DNA of 62,133 nt from an uncultured Planctomycetaceae bacterium (lineage in GTDB: Bacteria > Planctomycetota > Planctomycetia > Planctomycetales > Planctomycetaceae): the NCBI GenBank assembly GCA_963976765.1, contig CAXBME010000017.1:124001-186133 (forward strand). Reading direction: 5' to 3'. The position numbers and the translations under genes were made by a program. A model generated the notes under the pieces. The model was given only the letters and a program-made list of their open reading frames with translations, ran no database searches and was not told the DNA's origin. This document shows positions 50,160 through 59,801 of the stretch, piece by piece (the stretch's first letter is position 1; each line of letters begins with the position of its first letter).

Positions 50160-50439
50160 CATCACGATCCGAAACGAAGCGCGGTCGGATTGAGAAACGC
50201 CAGCAGGCAGGCGACGGATGCGTCATCGAGAAATATCCGCCATCTTGCCTGCTCAAAAACACCTATAGCAGCGAATTTGGTGAGTCAGTATAACGCCCGG
50301 CTGTACAACGCGCGGAAGGACCGCGTGCATGGAAGATTGTGTATCGGATCCGGGCCTGATCATGAGAGGCCCGGGCCGTGGTATGGTGCCCCTGGCCAGA
50401 ATTGGCAGGGCTTCCCTCCGTACGGGAAAGGACTCCAGT

Positions 50440-51846
50440 ATGAGGTTTTCGACGTCTTTAGCGTTATTGTTGGCTCTGTCTGCGACGGCTTTCGCCGATC
50501 CGGATCCCGCTCACGAAGCTCAGCGTCAGGCTGCCGTCAAAGCCTACGATGTGGGCAACTGGCAGGGCGTCATTGACGCCACAACGCCGATCATTGCCGC
50601 CAACGCGAACGACAACATCGCGTTGCATCTGAGAGGCAGCGCAAAGATTGAACTCGCCATTATCATGGGCGATGCCGCGATGATCCGGGAAGGCATCACC
50701 GATGCTCGAACGGCAATTTCTGTCGCGTCGACGCCCGAGTTCAACTACTACCTGCCGTACCTTTATGGCATGACGAATCTGACTCGGATCGAGGATCAGT
50801 CGAGTCACGCTCAAGTCGCCGTCGGAATCGCCGATCAGCTTCTGCCGCAGCCGGGAATTACTCCCGAACAGAAATCCAACGTCTACTACCAGCGTGCTTT
50901 GGCCAAAGCCGCTATGAAGCAGACGGACGCTGCGGTTGCCGACTTCAATCAGGCTCTGGCAGTCAACCCGAAACACATCGCCTCGTACATGGCGATCGCC
51001 GAACTTTACACAGAAACCAAGCGAAACGACGAAGCCATCCAGGCTTACAGCGCCGCGATCAAAGCATTCCCGGATGAGCCGCTGGTTTACAACAACCTCG
51101 GCATGCTCTACCAGAATCTGAAACGCTACAACGAAGCGATTCGCGCCTTCTCGGCCGCGTTGCAGAAGAATCCGAAGTACGACATCGCTCTGACCAATCG
51201 AGGTTACACCTGGCTGCAGGGCGGTCGTCCGGCTGACGCCGAAAAAGACTTTGCGGCTTCGCTTCAGCTCAACCCGAATCAGCCCGCTGTGCAGTCGCTG
51301 CTGGGAACTTCACGACTGGTGCAGGGCAAGTGGCAGGAAGCGGCTCGCGACTTTGAAATGATCATTCAGAAAACTCCGGAAGACGTTGCTGCTCATGTTG
51401 ATGCCGGCTTCGCTCGCTACTTCGGCAAGGACTATGCCGGAGCGATTCAGGAGTTTAATAAGGTTATCCAGATGGACTCGACCGCCCGGTTCATCAACCC
51501 ATGGCGAGTCTGGACGCTGATTCGTTCTGGACGAAAGGCCGAAGCAACTGGTATCGCGCAGTCCAGCCGAGCCCGCAAAGAAAACGAACGCGACTGGATC
51601 GACTGGGTCATCCTGTACAATATGGGCGACATTTCTGCGGAAGAACTGGCCGCTCGAGTCGACAAGAGCACGCCGGAAATTCAGACCGCTCAGATGTGCG
51701 AAGCGCGGTACTTCATCGCCGAGCAGCAACTGGCTCAGGGGAAGAATCAGGAAGCTGCTTCGAACTACGAGCAGGCTCTGAAAACCAACCAGCGGGAACT
51801 GTCCGCCTGGCGCGGAGCCAGCTACGCTCTGCGACGCTTTCAGTAG
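50440..51846 (+). CDS. Secreted TPR-repeat protein
   Basis: Signal peptide MRFSTSLALLLALSATAFA and many TPR units (A..DFNQAL..NP, YNNLG..Y). Confidence 0.9.
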   Translation: MRFSTSLALLLALSATAFADPDPAHEAQRQAAVKAYDVGNWQGVIDATTPIIAANANDNIALHLRGSAKIELAIIMGDAAMIREGITDARTAISVASTPEFNYYLPYLYGMTNLTRIEDQSSHAQVAVGIADQLLPQPGITPEQKSNVYYQRALAKAAMKQTDAAVADFNQALAVNPKHIASYMAIAELYTETKRNDEAIQAYSAAIKAFPDEPLVYNNLGMLYQNLKRYNEAIRAFSAALQKNPKYDIALTNRGYTWLQGGRPADAEKDFAASLQLNPNQPAVQSLLGTSRLVQGKWQEAARDFEMIIQKTPEDVAAHVDAGFARYFGKDYAGAIQEFNKVIQMDSTARFINPWRVWTLIRSGRKAEATGIAQSSRARKENERDWIDWVILYNMGDISAEELAARVDKSTPEIQTAQMCEARYFIAEQQLAQGKNQEAASNYEQALKTNQRELSAWRGASYALRRFQ

Positions 51847-51916
51847 GTGATCGTGACTTTCAGGCCGTTTGCTCTTTGCGAAACCTGCCTGATTCTCGAC
51901 GATGAAACTCAGAACT

Positions 51917-51953
51917 GAGGCCTGGCGAATCACACCGCCGGGCCTCGTTTTTT
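51917..51953 (+). terminator. Rho-independent terminator
   Basis: GAGGCCTGGCG...CGCCGGGCCTC-GTTTTTT. Confidence 0.8.
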
Positions 51954-52106
51954 ATGATGACGATTGTTCAGCCGCCGCCTGTCCTGCTCAGGATGTCCGC
52001 CGCAGTACCGGGCGGCGTATTTCCTTCACTCAGACCCTACGCCTCGTGAATGATTCAGGCTAGCATTCCCGCCTGTTTCTGCCTGTCTGGTCGGAGTTTT
52101 CTCGGC

Positions 52107-54401
52107 ATGTCTTTGCGATATTTCCCGTTTCGTTTTCTCCAGAGCGTTTTCGCCGTTCTGTTCTGTCTGGCGTCTTCTGTACGCGCTGACGTTTCGATCG
52201 AGTCGGTCGAAGTCGGTATGGGACAGGTGACGCGTCCCGGCGTCTGGACTCGTCTTCAGGTTCAGCTTGCTGCGACAGAAGCCGTCGAATGTCGGGTTGA
52301 AGTGACCGCGACGGACCCGACTGGCAACCCGGCAACGTACCCGTCGGCGGTGATCAAGCTTGCGTCCAACAGTCCGACGACGGCGTCGTTGTTCTTCATG
52401 CCGGGCCGGCTTGAGGAAGCGGTGAGTTTGAAGGTTGTTGCCGAATCGGGTGGCGTTCTTGCATCCCGGCGTCTGATGGCAGTGGAGTCGATTTCGGAAA
52501 CGGCTGACTTCAACATTGTTCGACATTCAGTTCCGGTCTGGGTTGCCGCGGGAACGATCGGGGGAAGTCGAACGGGCAAATCGAAACAGGAGTCCATTCA
52601 GAACGCGATCGTTGAGCGGGGCATTCATTTCACGTCGCTGGAATCCGCCCGCGAACTGCCAACCCGGTGGCAGACCTACTCGGCAATCAGCACCGTATTC
52701 CTGGCCGGAAGTTTTGACCTGAATGAAGAACAGTCCGCAGCGTTGAATCAATGGGTTCGTCACGGTGGTCACGTTGTGGCGATTGTCGGAACTCACGTTG
52801 AAGAGTTGACCAGCAGTCCGATTGCGGAATGGATTCTGGAGAATCGGGAAGTCGTGGCTTCATCGCTGAGTGATCTCAGCGGCCTGGAGGCGTACGCTCA
52901 TAGCAGCCTCCGGATTCCGATCGCGTCGAGGATCAAAGGGTCGATCATTCGGTCACAGGATGGCGCCGACGTCGTGACAGGCATCGAAGGCCCGCTTCTG
53001 ACGAGGTCAGCTCACGGGTTTGGACGCATCACCATGCTGGGAGTTGATCTCGACGAGGCGCCGCTGGCGAGGTGGAGGGCGCTCGACAGTTTCGTGGCAG
53101 CAATTGCTGATCTGCCCGCCGTCAGCGTCGACGAAGATTCTGCGGGCCAGCGAATTTCTCATTCTGGAGTCACCGAACTGGCAACGCAGTTTCAGATTGG
53201 GATGGAGACGATTCCTCACGTCGAAGAACGTTCGACTCTCAGCGTGCTGGGAGTTGTCCTGCTGTTCCTGCTGGTTATCGGCCCGCTCGATTATGTCCTC
53301 GTACATCGCCTGCTTAAGAGGCCAGGTCTGACCTGGATGACCTTTCCGACGATTGTTGTCGGGGCAGGATTACTGGCCAGCTCCGTGGCTGGCGGCGCCA
53401 ACGGAACCAACATCCGCTCCCGGGTGTGCGAGTTGATTGACCTCGATGCCGGCAGCGGCTTCGCTCGTCAGACAGTCTGGTCGACGATCTACAGCCCTGA
53501 GCATCGCCGCTACCAGGTCGAGATCAGTCACGATTCTTCCGCGCTGGAAACTGGTTCGACAGAGACTCCATCGCCGACAGGCACGGAACCAGCGAGTCGC
53601 GACTCCTCTAAAGGATGGCTGCACTGGATTGCCGCTCCCGAATCAAACTTCGGCGGGATGTATCGCGCTGCTGGTCTGAATCTGGGCGGAGCTGGCTACA
53701 CTTACTCAGAAAATCGCGACGAGATCCGGAACCTGCCGATCCCGGCGGCTTCAGATCGAATTCTGGGAGCCTCGGCAACCTGCATGGTCTCGACAGAGCT
53801 GTTTGATCTGAATCTTAAACAGGCAGGGACTGGACATCTTTCGCGCGACAGCACGTTCACACATCACTTGCCCGGTCCGATTGACGACTGGGTGCTGGTC
53901 TTTGGGAACCGCATTTACTTCCACGATTACCTGGGGGGCGACTCGCTCGGCAGCTCGGCCATCGAGCCGGGAGTCGTCTGGTCCTCAACCGGGAAGACAA
54001 CCGGAGGTCGCGAACTGAAGAGTTATCTGACCGGTTCCCGATTTCAGCGGACTGGTCGAAAAGGAGCCGGTAGTGCAGGCGACGAGTTTGAGCATACTCA
54101 GGTAGATTGGGATCGTCGCGAAATCGATCTTCAGACCATCTTGCGAATGATCACCTTTTACAGGATCGCCGGCGGTCGTGCTTACACCGGATTGATGAAC
54201 GATGCCTTCTCGGGGCTTGAACTGTCTGACTGCTTGCCTCTGGATCGAGCCGTTCTGTTTGGCCGGCTCAAAACTTCAACAGCGAGAATTCAACTCGATG
54301 GGCAACTGCTGCAGGCAGATCGGCAGGAATCATTTATTCGCGTCCTGCTGAAAGTTGAGGATGCCCCAGTCGAAGTGTCGCTGCCGAAATTCAACAAGTA
54401 G
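52107..54401 (+). CDS. Membrane protein with GATase-like extracytoplasmic domain and 2 central TM helices
   Basis: Signal peptide; LP..WQ.YSAI...L..WVRHGG...GFGRIT; VIGPLDYVLV...LTWMTFP. Confidence 0.78.
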   Translation: MSLRYFPFRFLQSVFAVLFCLASSVRADVSIESVEVGMGQVTRPGVWTRLQVQLAATEAVECRVEVTATDPTGNPATYPSAVIKLASNSPTTASLFFMPGRLEEAVSLKVVAESGGVLASRRLMAVESISETADFNIVRHSVPVWVAAGTIGGSRTGKSKQESIQNAIVERGIHFTSLESARELPTRWQTYSAISTVFLAGSFDLNEEQSAALNQWVRHGGHVVAIVGTHVEELTSSPIAEWILENREVVASSLSDLSGLEAYAHSSLRIPIASRIKGSIIRSQDGADVVTGIEGPLLTRSAHGFGRITMLGVDLDEAPLARWRALDSFVAAIADLPAVSVDEDSAGQRISHSGVTELATQFQIGMETIPHVEERSTLSVLGVVLLFLLVIGPLDYVLVHRLLKRPGLTWMTFPTIVVGAGLLASSVAGGANGTNIRSRVCELIDLDAGSGFARQTVWSTIYSPEHRRYQVEISHDSSALETGSTETPSPTGTEPASRDSSKGWLHWIAAPESNFGGMYRAAGLNLGGAGYTYSENRDEIRNLPIPAASDRILGASATCMVSTELFDLNLKQAGTGHLSRDSTFTHHLPGPIDDWVLVFGNRIYFHDYLGGDSLGSSAIEPGVVWSSTGKTTGGRELKSYLTGSRFQRTGRKGAGSAGDEFEHTQVDWDRREIDLQTILRMITFYRIAGGRAYTGLMNDAFSGLELSDCLPLDRAVLFGRLKTSTARIQLDGQLLQADRQESFIRVLLKVEDAPVEVSLPKFNK

Positions 54402-54463
54402 AAAAATGCTGCTCAGTTTATTTTGAAATCAGGCCGCGGCTGCGGCGGGAGAATTACTGGATC

Positions 54464-55459
54464 ATGGATGAGTATCAAAGGGAACTTCAGACGGCGATTG
54501 CTGCTGTGCGAAAGGCAGCACAAGTCACTCAGGCCGTGCAGCAGCAGATCACCGATGACGTGCTTGAGAAGCAGGATCGAAGCCCGGTTACCATCGCCGA
54601 TTACGCCAGCCAGGCTGTCATCTGTCACGCGTTAAAGGCTGCCTTTCCAGACGATCCGATTGTCGGCGAAGAAGACGCCGCTGAATTGAGAGGTGGCGAG
54701 AACGCCGGATTCGTCGACCGCATTCTGGAAGAGCTGGCGGCGATCGATGTCGCCACGACTGCGGACGAAGTCTGTTCATGGATTGATCATGGAAACGGAA
54801 AAGCTGGGCCTCGATTCTGGACGCTCGATCCAATTGATGGAACGAAGGGCTTTCTGCGAGGTCAGCAGTATGCCATCTCGCTGGCTCTGATCATTGACGG
54901 GAATCTGACGGTGGCGGCAGTCGGTTGTCCGAACCTTCCACTCGACCCAGATGACGAGTCGTCACCGGGATCGCTGTTGTTTGCCGTTCGCGGAGCGGGC
55001 GCATTTGTTACTTCGATCGAAGGTCGCGACTTCAGCCTGGATGATGCGACGAAGATTCAAACAGGCGCCGCGATCGACTGGCCGGATGCTCGGCTTTGTG
55101 AGTCCGTCGAATCCGGTCACAGTTCGCACAGCCGATCGGCTCAGATTGCCGAGTCGCTCGGCATTACCAAAGAGCCCGTGCGGCTCGACAGTCAGGCTAA
55201 GTATGCCGTCGTTGCTCGCGGCCAGGCAGACATCTACCTTCGGCTGCCAACGAAGAAGGCCTACCAGGAAAAGATCTGGGATCATGCAGGCGGCGCACTC
55301 GTCGTGCAGGAAGCAGGCGGAACCGTTTCCGACATCAACGGCAAACCACTCGACTTCACTCAGGGGCATGAGCTGACGCAGAATCGCGGCGTCGTCGTTT
55401 CCAACGGCCCGCTTCACGAGGCGGTTGTTAAAGCTGTGCAGGACGCGGGCATCGCCTGA
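54464..55459 (+). CDS. 3'(2'),5'-bisphosphate nucleotidase, HAL2/SAL1 type
   Basis: KQDRSPVTIADY, GEE, WTLDPIDGTKGFLRG, CESVESGHS, DSQAKY and EKIWDHA. Confidence 0.92.
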   Translation: MDEYQRELQTAIAAVRKAAQVTQAVQQQITDDVLEKQDRSPVTIADYASQAVICHALKAAFPDDPIVGEEDAAELRGGENAGFVDRILEELAAIDVATTADEVCSWIDHGNGKAGPRFWTLDPIDGTKGFLRGQQYAISLALIIDGNLTVAAVGCPNLPLDPDDESSPGSLLFAVRGAGAFVTSIEGRDFSLDDATKIQTGAAIDWPDARLCESVESGHSSHSRSAQIAESLGITKEPVRLDSQAKYAVVARGQADIYLRLPTKKAYQEKIWDHAGGALVVQEAGGTVSDINGKPLDFTQGHELTQNRGVVVSNGPLHEAVVKAVQDAGIA

Positions 55460-55549
55460 TTGTGCTGGTGGGGTCGCCTTGCTTCTCGAAAGCGAAGCTC
55501 TGAGGCTCTTGTGGTGAAATTCAGCATTGACCACTCAGGGACTTCGACC

Positions 55550-55930
55550 ATGCCCAAATCAGAATTCCTCTGGACGTTCCCCTGCTTCGTGCTCGCCACA
55601 CAGTTCAACCGAGATACTGAAACTGGCAGTGTTCTGTTTGACGAAGGATTTCGTGTCGTCGCTCGTAAACTCACTGGCGACGCCGAAAAGCAGATCCCGA
55701 TCTTCACAGACGAAGCTTTGGCAGAAGACTACGCCGCACGGTCAATTTCAACGGGATTAACCCTGGTTGAGCTGTCAACGCCGGAAACGCTGAAAGACTT
55801 CCTGGTTCTTGCCGCACGAACATTCAAGCACGCCGCTATTGATCTCAGTCCTCAGGCAAAATTTTCACGCCTGTTCCTGATCGAAGAGATCCTCGCACAG
55901 ATCGACGACTGGATCAGGCAACCTGAGTGA
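55550..55930 (+). CDS. Hypothetical protein (weak SseB_N-like IPIFTDE motif)
   Basis: ATG 55550; protein-like composition. Confidence 0.6.
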   Translation: MPKSEFLWTFPCFVLATQFNRDTETGSVLFDEGFRVVARKLTGDAEKQIPIFTDEALAEDYAARSISTGLTLVELSTPETLKDFLVLAARTFKHAAIDLSPQAKFSRLFLIEEILAQIDDWIRQPE

Positions 55931-56429
55931 GCTGGATTCCCGCCTGTCGATGGCCAGATTCGTTTCCACTGATGGCTCAATTCGATTGCGGATAATGCTT
56001 TGCACGCCTTTCCAAATCTGCCGAAGGAACGGCGGAGCGGTAAACAGCCGTTGCGCATTTTGAAGCTCTCAAGCCGTGGTCTCAGATTCTGTCAGGGATC
56101 GTATGTGTCGCGCAAGCGGTAGCCACGTTCGATCGAGCGTATGGCAATTCGCGCAAATTCCGAGGTCACAGTGACGGTCAGGTAAGCGGTTCGCGATAGG
56201 GCGATTGGCAAAGGCTTAACGCTGTCCTCAAACCTTGCCTGGTCCTTACGGCAGGACCAGAGATCCGGTCGTTCGTTGAATTGGCTGTCGAATTCAGTCC
56301 AGCCTGATGTTCCTCAACTTAGACTTTCCGGTCGCGGAGAACTCATCACTCCGCAGTAAGCCTGCCACGACTGTTCGTTCAGACCTTGTCGTGATCTGCC
56401 CCTGCCTGCGTCTCCAGAAGGAGTGGCAA

Positions 56430-58379
56430 ATGTTGCCCGCTCATCGTCAGAATCTGTCGCTTTCACTATCGTCTTTCTGTTTGCTCCTCGCTTGTGCCGC
56501 ATTCCTGGCAAGTGTCGCAACTCAGGCGACTGCGGCTGACGGGCCGACAAACCCGGACAGTCGAGATCGATCGACGGCGGTCGCGTTGAACTACTGCCGC
56601 GCGTCGTTTCATCGAATTCGGCAGAACCCGTCCAAGCGAGTGATGCTCGAAGAGCAGGAGAAAATCCTCAACAACCTGAACCTTGACGGAATCGCTGACG
56701 AGGCGGTCATCAAGCTCTACACCAGCGTGCTGGATGAGATTTCAGAAATCGACATTGCAGAACGAGAGACCGGCGTTCTGCAGGAGAAGTTCAAGAAAAC
56801 GCTGCACCGTGAAATCGGTGGGACAGCGCTGGCGGTGGCGGCACAGATGGCGACGCTTTCTTTCGAGCGAGCCGTTTACACCGGTGTTAATTCCTGGCTC
56901 GATTACCGTGACATGAGCTGGACTCGTGAGTTCGACACATGGAAAGTTGAGAAGAGCCGAATCACCGCGGTTGTCGACAAGTCGTCGAAGTTTCTGGATA
57001 CCTTCTGGAAGCTGACACAGTCGCGGAACATTCCTGACCGGTGGCTTGTTCGCGGCAACGATCTGGACGATCTGACCGCAGCCATTCAGGAGCCGAATCT
57101 TGAAAAGCGGCTGCGTATCCTGAAGCGGATGGAACCGTTCATGGAGTGCTACCCTCCGTACTGGTACTACCTCGCCCGAACTCAGCAGGGACTGGGTGAC
57201 TTTTCGGCATCCTCAGAAACGTATAACAACCTGGCCAACCTCGGCCACGGTTACTTTCGTCGAGATGACATGATGGCATCATCGCTGGCCAACCTCGCCG
57301 TCATGCAGACTTATCTCAACCAGCCTGGAGCCGACAAATCAGCACGCCAGGCGCTCGCTCATTCGCCCGACGTCTGGCAGGCAAATCTGATGGCCGCTCA
57401 GGTTCTGGAGAAACACGGCCAGCTCAAAGACGCCGAGGATGCCATCCTGCGCAACATCGACGTCGACCTGGAAACAACTCGCAGCACGGTAGCACTCGTC
57501 GGGATGTATTACCGGCAGCATCAGTCAGAGAAGCTGGCTCAGGCGCTGGCCAACGAGGACACGCTGGCCGCACTGCCGATTCTCAGTCTGATGCAGGCCG
57601 CCGCCGAACTCGCGAGGACACATCCGATACCGCCAGCAACCATCCAGCGGTTGCGAACGTCGATTCGAGTTGCCGTTGAGCCAAAGTTTGGCGACGACGA
57701 CCTGATCATCGCCTGCGAACCCGCATGGCAGTCAGAGCTGGCACAGGTTGCGGTTGTCTTTCCAGGTCCAGCCGACGCTGCGCGAGCCATCCGGCAAAGC
57801 AGCCTTGAGACGCATCCATCGGGAGAAACAGTCATCCGATTCAGCGGGGTCGTCGACGGCGGTAACCCATTAAGGCCATCTGCCCCGCAGCTCGCTGGCA
57901 CAACGCTACTGTTTGAATTTCCTCCCGGGCCACAACCGGTCGCCCCACTGGTCGCCCCACTGGTTGTCGTTCTGGGAGCCCCGGCCAGTAAGTCTGTCTC
58001 TGCAAACCAGGCGACCGCACCGTGGTGGACTGCCGCGTCACCTTCCGGAATCCGATACGGCAACATCAGGCTGGACCTGCTTAATCCAAACCTGCCAAGA
58101 GCTGAATCAATCGCAGCTGCCGGAAACGCCGCTCAGGGAAATCCGACGACTGATTCTGCGGCGGGCAACGAAAGCGCGGGCAATCCCGAACAGAATAGCC
58201 GCTCGCCAGCGACAGCGTCTCCAGTTTCCGCATCACCACGCCGAACACCGCGAGTTACAATCATCGGCGTTCATGTCCGGGAAGCCTCTCGCGATACCGC
58301 TGAGCCTCTACAGAATTTGCAATCGAACGATGCCGAACCGGATCCTTTGAAGCTGCCTCCGCCTCCGCCACCTTCGTAA
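56430..58379 (+). CDS. Secreted helical/TPR-like hypothetical protein with Pro-rich tail
   Basis: Signal peptide, helical domain ALNYC...ILNNLNL, TPR-like PYWYYLAR and low-complexity C-terminus; AAGGAG SD. Confidence 0.78.
   Translation: MLPAHRQNLSLSLSSFCLLLACAAFLASVATQATAADGPTNPDSRDRSTAVALNYCRASFHRIRQNPSKRVMLEEQEKILNNLNLDGIADEAVIKLYTSVLDEISEIDIAERETGVLQEKFKKTLHREIGGTALAVAAQMATLSFERAVYTGVNSWLDYRDMSWTREFDTWKVEKSRITAVVDKSSKFLDTFWKLTQSRNIPDRWLVRGNDLDDLTAAIQEPNLEKRLRILKRMEPFMECYPPYWYYLARTQQGLGDFSASSETYNNLANLGHGYFRRDDMMASSLANLAVMQTYLNQPGADKSARQALAHSPDVWQANLMAAQVLEKHGQLKDAEDAILRNIDVDLETTRSTVALVGMYYRQHQSEKLAQALANEDTLAALPILSLMQAAAELARTHPIPPATIQRLRTSIRVAVEPKFGDDDLIIACEPAWQSELAQVAVVFPGPADAARAIRQSSLETHPSGETVIRFSGVVDGGNPLRPSAPQLAGTTLLFEFPPGPQPVAPLVAPLVVVLGAPASKSVSANQATAPWWTAASPSGIRYGNIRLDLLNPNLPRAESIAAAGNAAQGNPTTDSAAGNESAGNPEQNSRSPATASPVSASPRRTPRVTIIGVHVREASRDTAEPLQNLQSNDAEPDPLKLPPPPPPS
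57938..57961. repeat. In-frame tandem duplication, 2 x 12 bp GGTCGCCCCACT
   Basis: Encodes VAPL-VAPL. Confidence 0.9.
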
Positions 58380-58471
58380 ACCGAAAGAAAAAGCGATCTG
58401 CGGGCGGGAGTCGCGCGCAGGCCGCTTTGATTGGTTCATCAGAATTGTCAGCCGAGCCGCCTTATGCGTAC

Positions 58472-58777
58472 TCAATTTTCCCCCTTCCAGCCGCTCGCCT
58501 GAATATCCCACTGGCTGTCGCAATTGTCTCGCTCATCGTTGAAGCGACTCCCTGATCGGCGTCCCTTTCCATGAGAGTGAGAGCCGCTGGCAGAATACGA
58601 CTGATTCATCGAGCTGAAGGCTGACGCGACATCTTCCAGCTCATTGTTGATCGCAAACGAAACTTCGCTCAACCCGACGACCAGACCGAGCACAAGAATC
58701 GAAGCCAGCAGAATCAGCTCGGCCGACATCAGGAAACCGTTTTCGTCATTGAGCAGTTGAGTGAAGAGGTTTGTCAT
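58472..58777 (-). CDS. Small Flp/type IV pilin-like protein
   Basis: LLNDENG/FLMSAE leader, hydrophobic helix, then INNELEDVA.AF...NQSYS; GAGGA SD. Confidence 0.78.
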   Translation of the reverse strand: MTNLFTQLLNDENGFLMSAELILLASILVLGLVVGLSEVSFAINNELEDVASAFSSMNQSYSASGSHSHGKGRRSGSRFNDERDNCDSQWDIQASGWKGEN

Positions 58778-58864
58778 TGGAGTGTTCCTCGTGGCTGGCA
58801 GGTTCTGAATTGAAGCAGGCTTCAGTGTCGTTGTTCTCGACGCCCGCTGTCTGAAAAGATGTAA

Positions 58865-58880
58865 AGCAGACTGAATACCA
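58865..58880 (-). promoter_or_regulatory. Candidate sigma54 promoter of the small pilin gene
   Basis: TGGTATTCAGTCTGCT with GG-N10-GC spacing, 88 bp upstream of the ATG. Confidence 0.45.
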
Positions 58881-59242
58881 AACCGTTCAGTCAGCTTTGC
58901 GCTGCCGGGACGGACGAGCTACAAGTTCCTTTACAGAAGATGTTTACGAGGAATAAATACTTGAAGTTTCCCTCGCCCATGCCGCTCTTCACGTTTTGAA
59001 ACGTTGCCTGGATGCAACGTGTTGCCCCCACGATGATGCCCTGGCACAACGACCTTCGAGGCCAGCGGTGCCGTGCGATTGCTGAATGACTCAATGAAAC
59101 TAGAATGCGATTCGTCAGGCCGATTGATTGAGATCGACAGCCGCAGAATCACATCGCCTCGACGCGTCAATTCGCCTGCCAACCCTCACCCATACAGCAG
59201 TGGGCACGGTCGAAAAAACGCAAAATCGAAATCCCACAAATT

Positions 59243-59316
59243 GCGCCCGTAGCTCAGCTGGATAGAGCACCGGATTTCTAATCCGGCGGTCGTAGGTTCG
59301 AATCCTACCGGGCGTG
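59243..59316 (+). tRNA. tRNA-Arg (anticodon TCT); CCA not encoded
   Basis: Acceptor GCGCCCG/CGGGCGT, D arm AGCTCAGCTGGATAGAGC, anticodon arm CCGGA-TTTCTAA-TCCGG, T arm GTAGGTTCGAATCCTAC. Confidence 0.97.
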
Positions 59317-59472
59317 CTTTACTACATAACGACTTACGTCAACTCGAATCAGAATTGTCTTGCTTCGGTACAGACTTCCGGTACATAAAAGACCCCGTGC
59401 TGCAACACGGGGCCCGCAAGCCTTTCAGTCTGCTCATCGGTTTTTTCTTTAACCAGAGCTGGGAGGTTTGGA

Positions 59473-59801
59473 ATGGCGCGTTCACCAAAGCCGTGGTATC
59501 GTCGAGAGCGAAAAGCGTGGTTCGTCACGATCGACGGAAAGCGGCACAACCTTGGCCCTGATCGCAAAGCGGCGTTTAAGCGATTTCACGAACTGATGGC
59601 CCGTCCGGCAAAACGGGTAGTAAGCACTCAATCCGTTGCCGGGATTTTTGATACGTTTCAGGAATGGACGCTGAAACACCGAGCGGCCCGTACCTACGAG
59701 TGGTATCGCGAACGTTGTCAGTGGTTTCTTCAAGCAACGCCACAACTGAACGTCGAGCAGCTGCAGCCCTTCCATGTCCAGGAATGGATCGACGCTCATC
59801 C
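59473..59801 (+). pseudogene. N-terminal fragment of a tyrosine integrase, interrupted by ISAs1
   Basis: MARSPKPWYRRERKAWFVTIDGKRHNLG arm-binding-like N-terminus and SAM-like region; ends at DAHP where the IS end begins; no catalytic domain. Confidence 0.8.
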
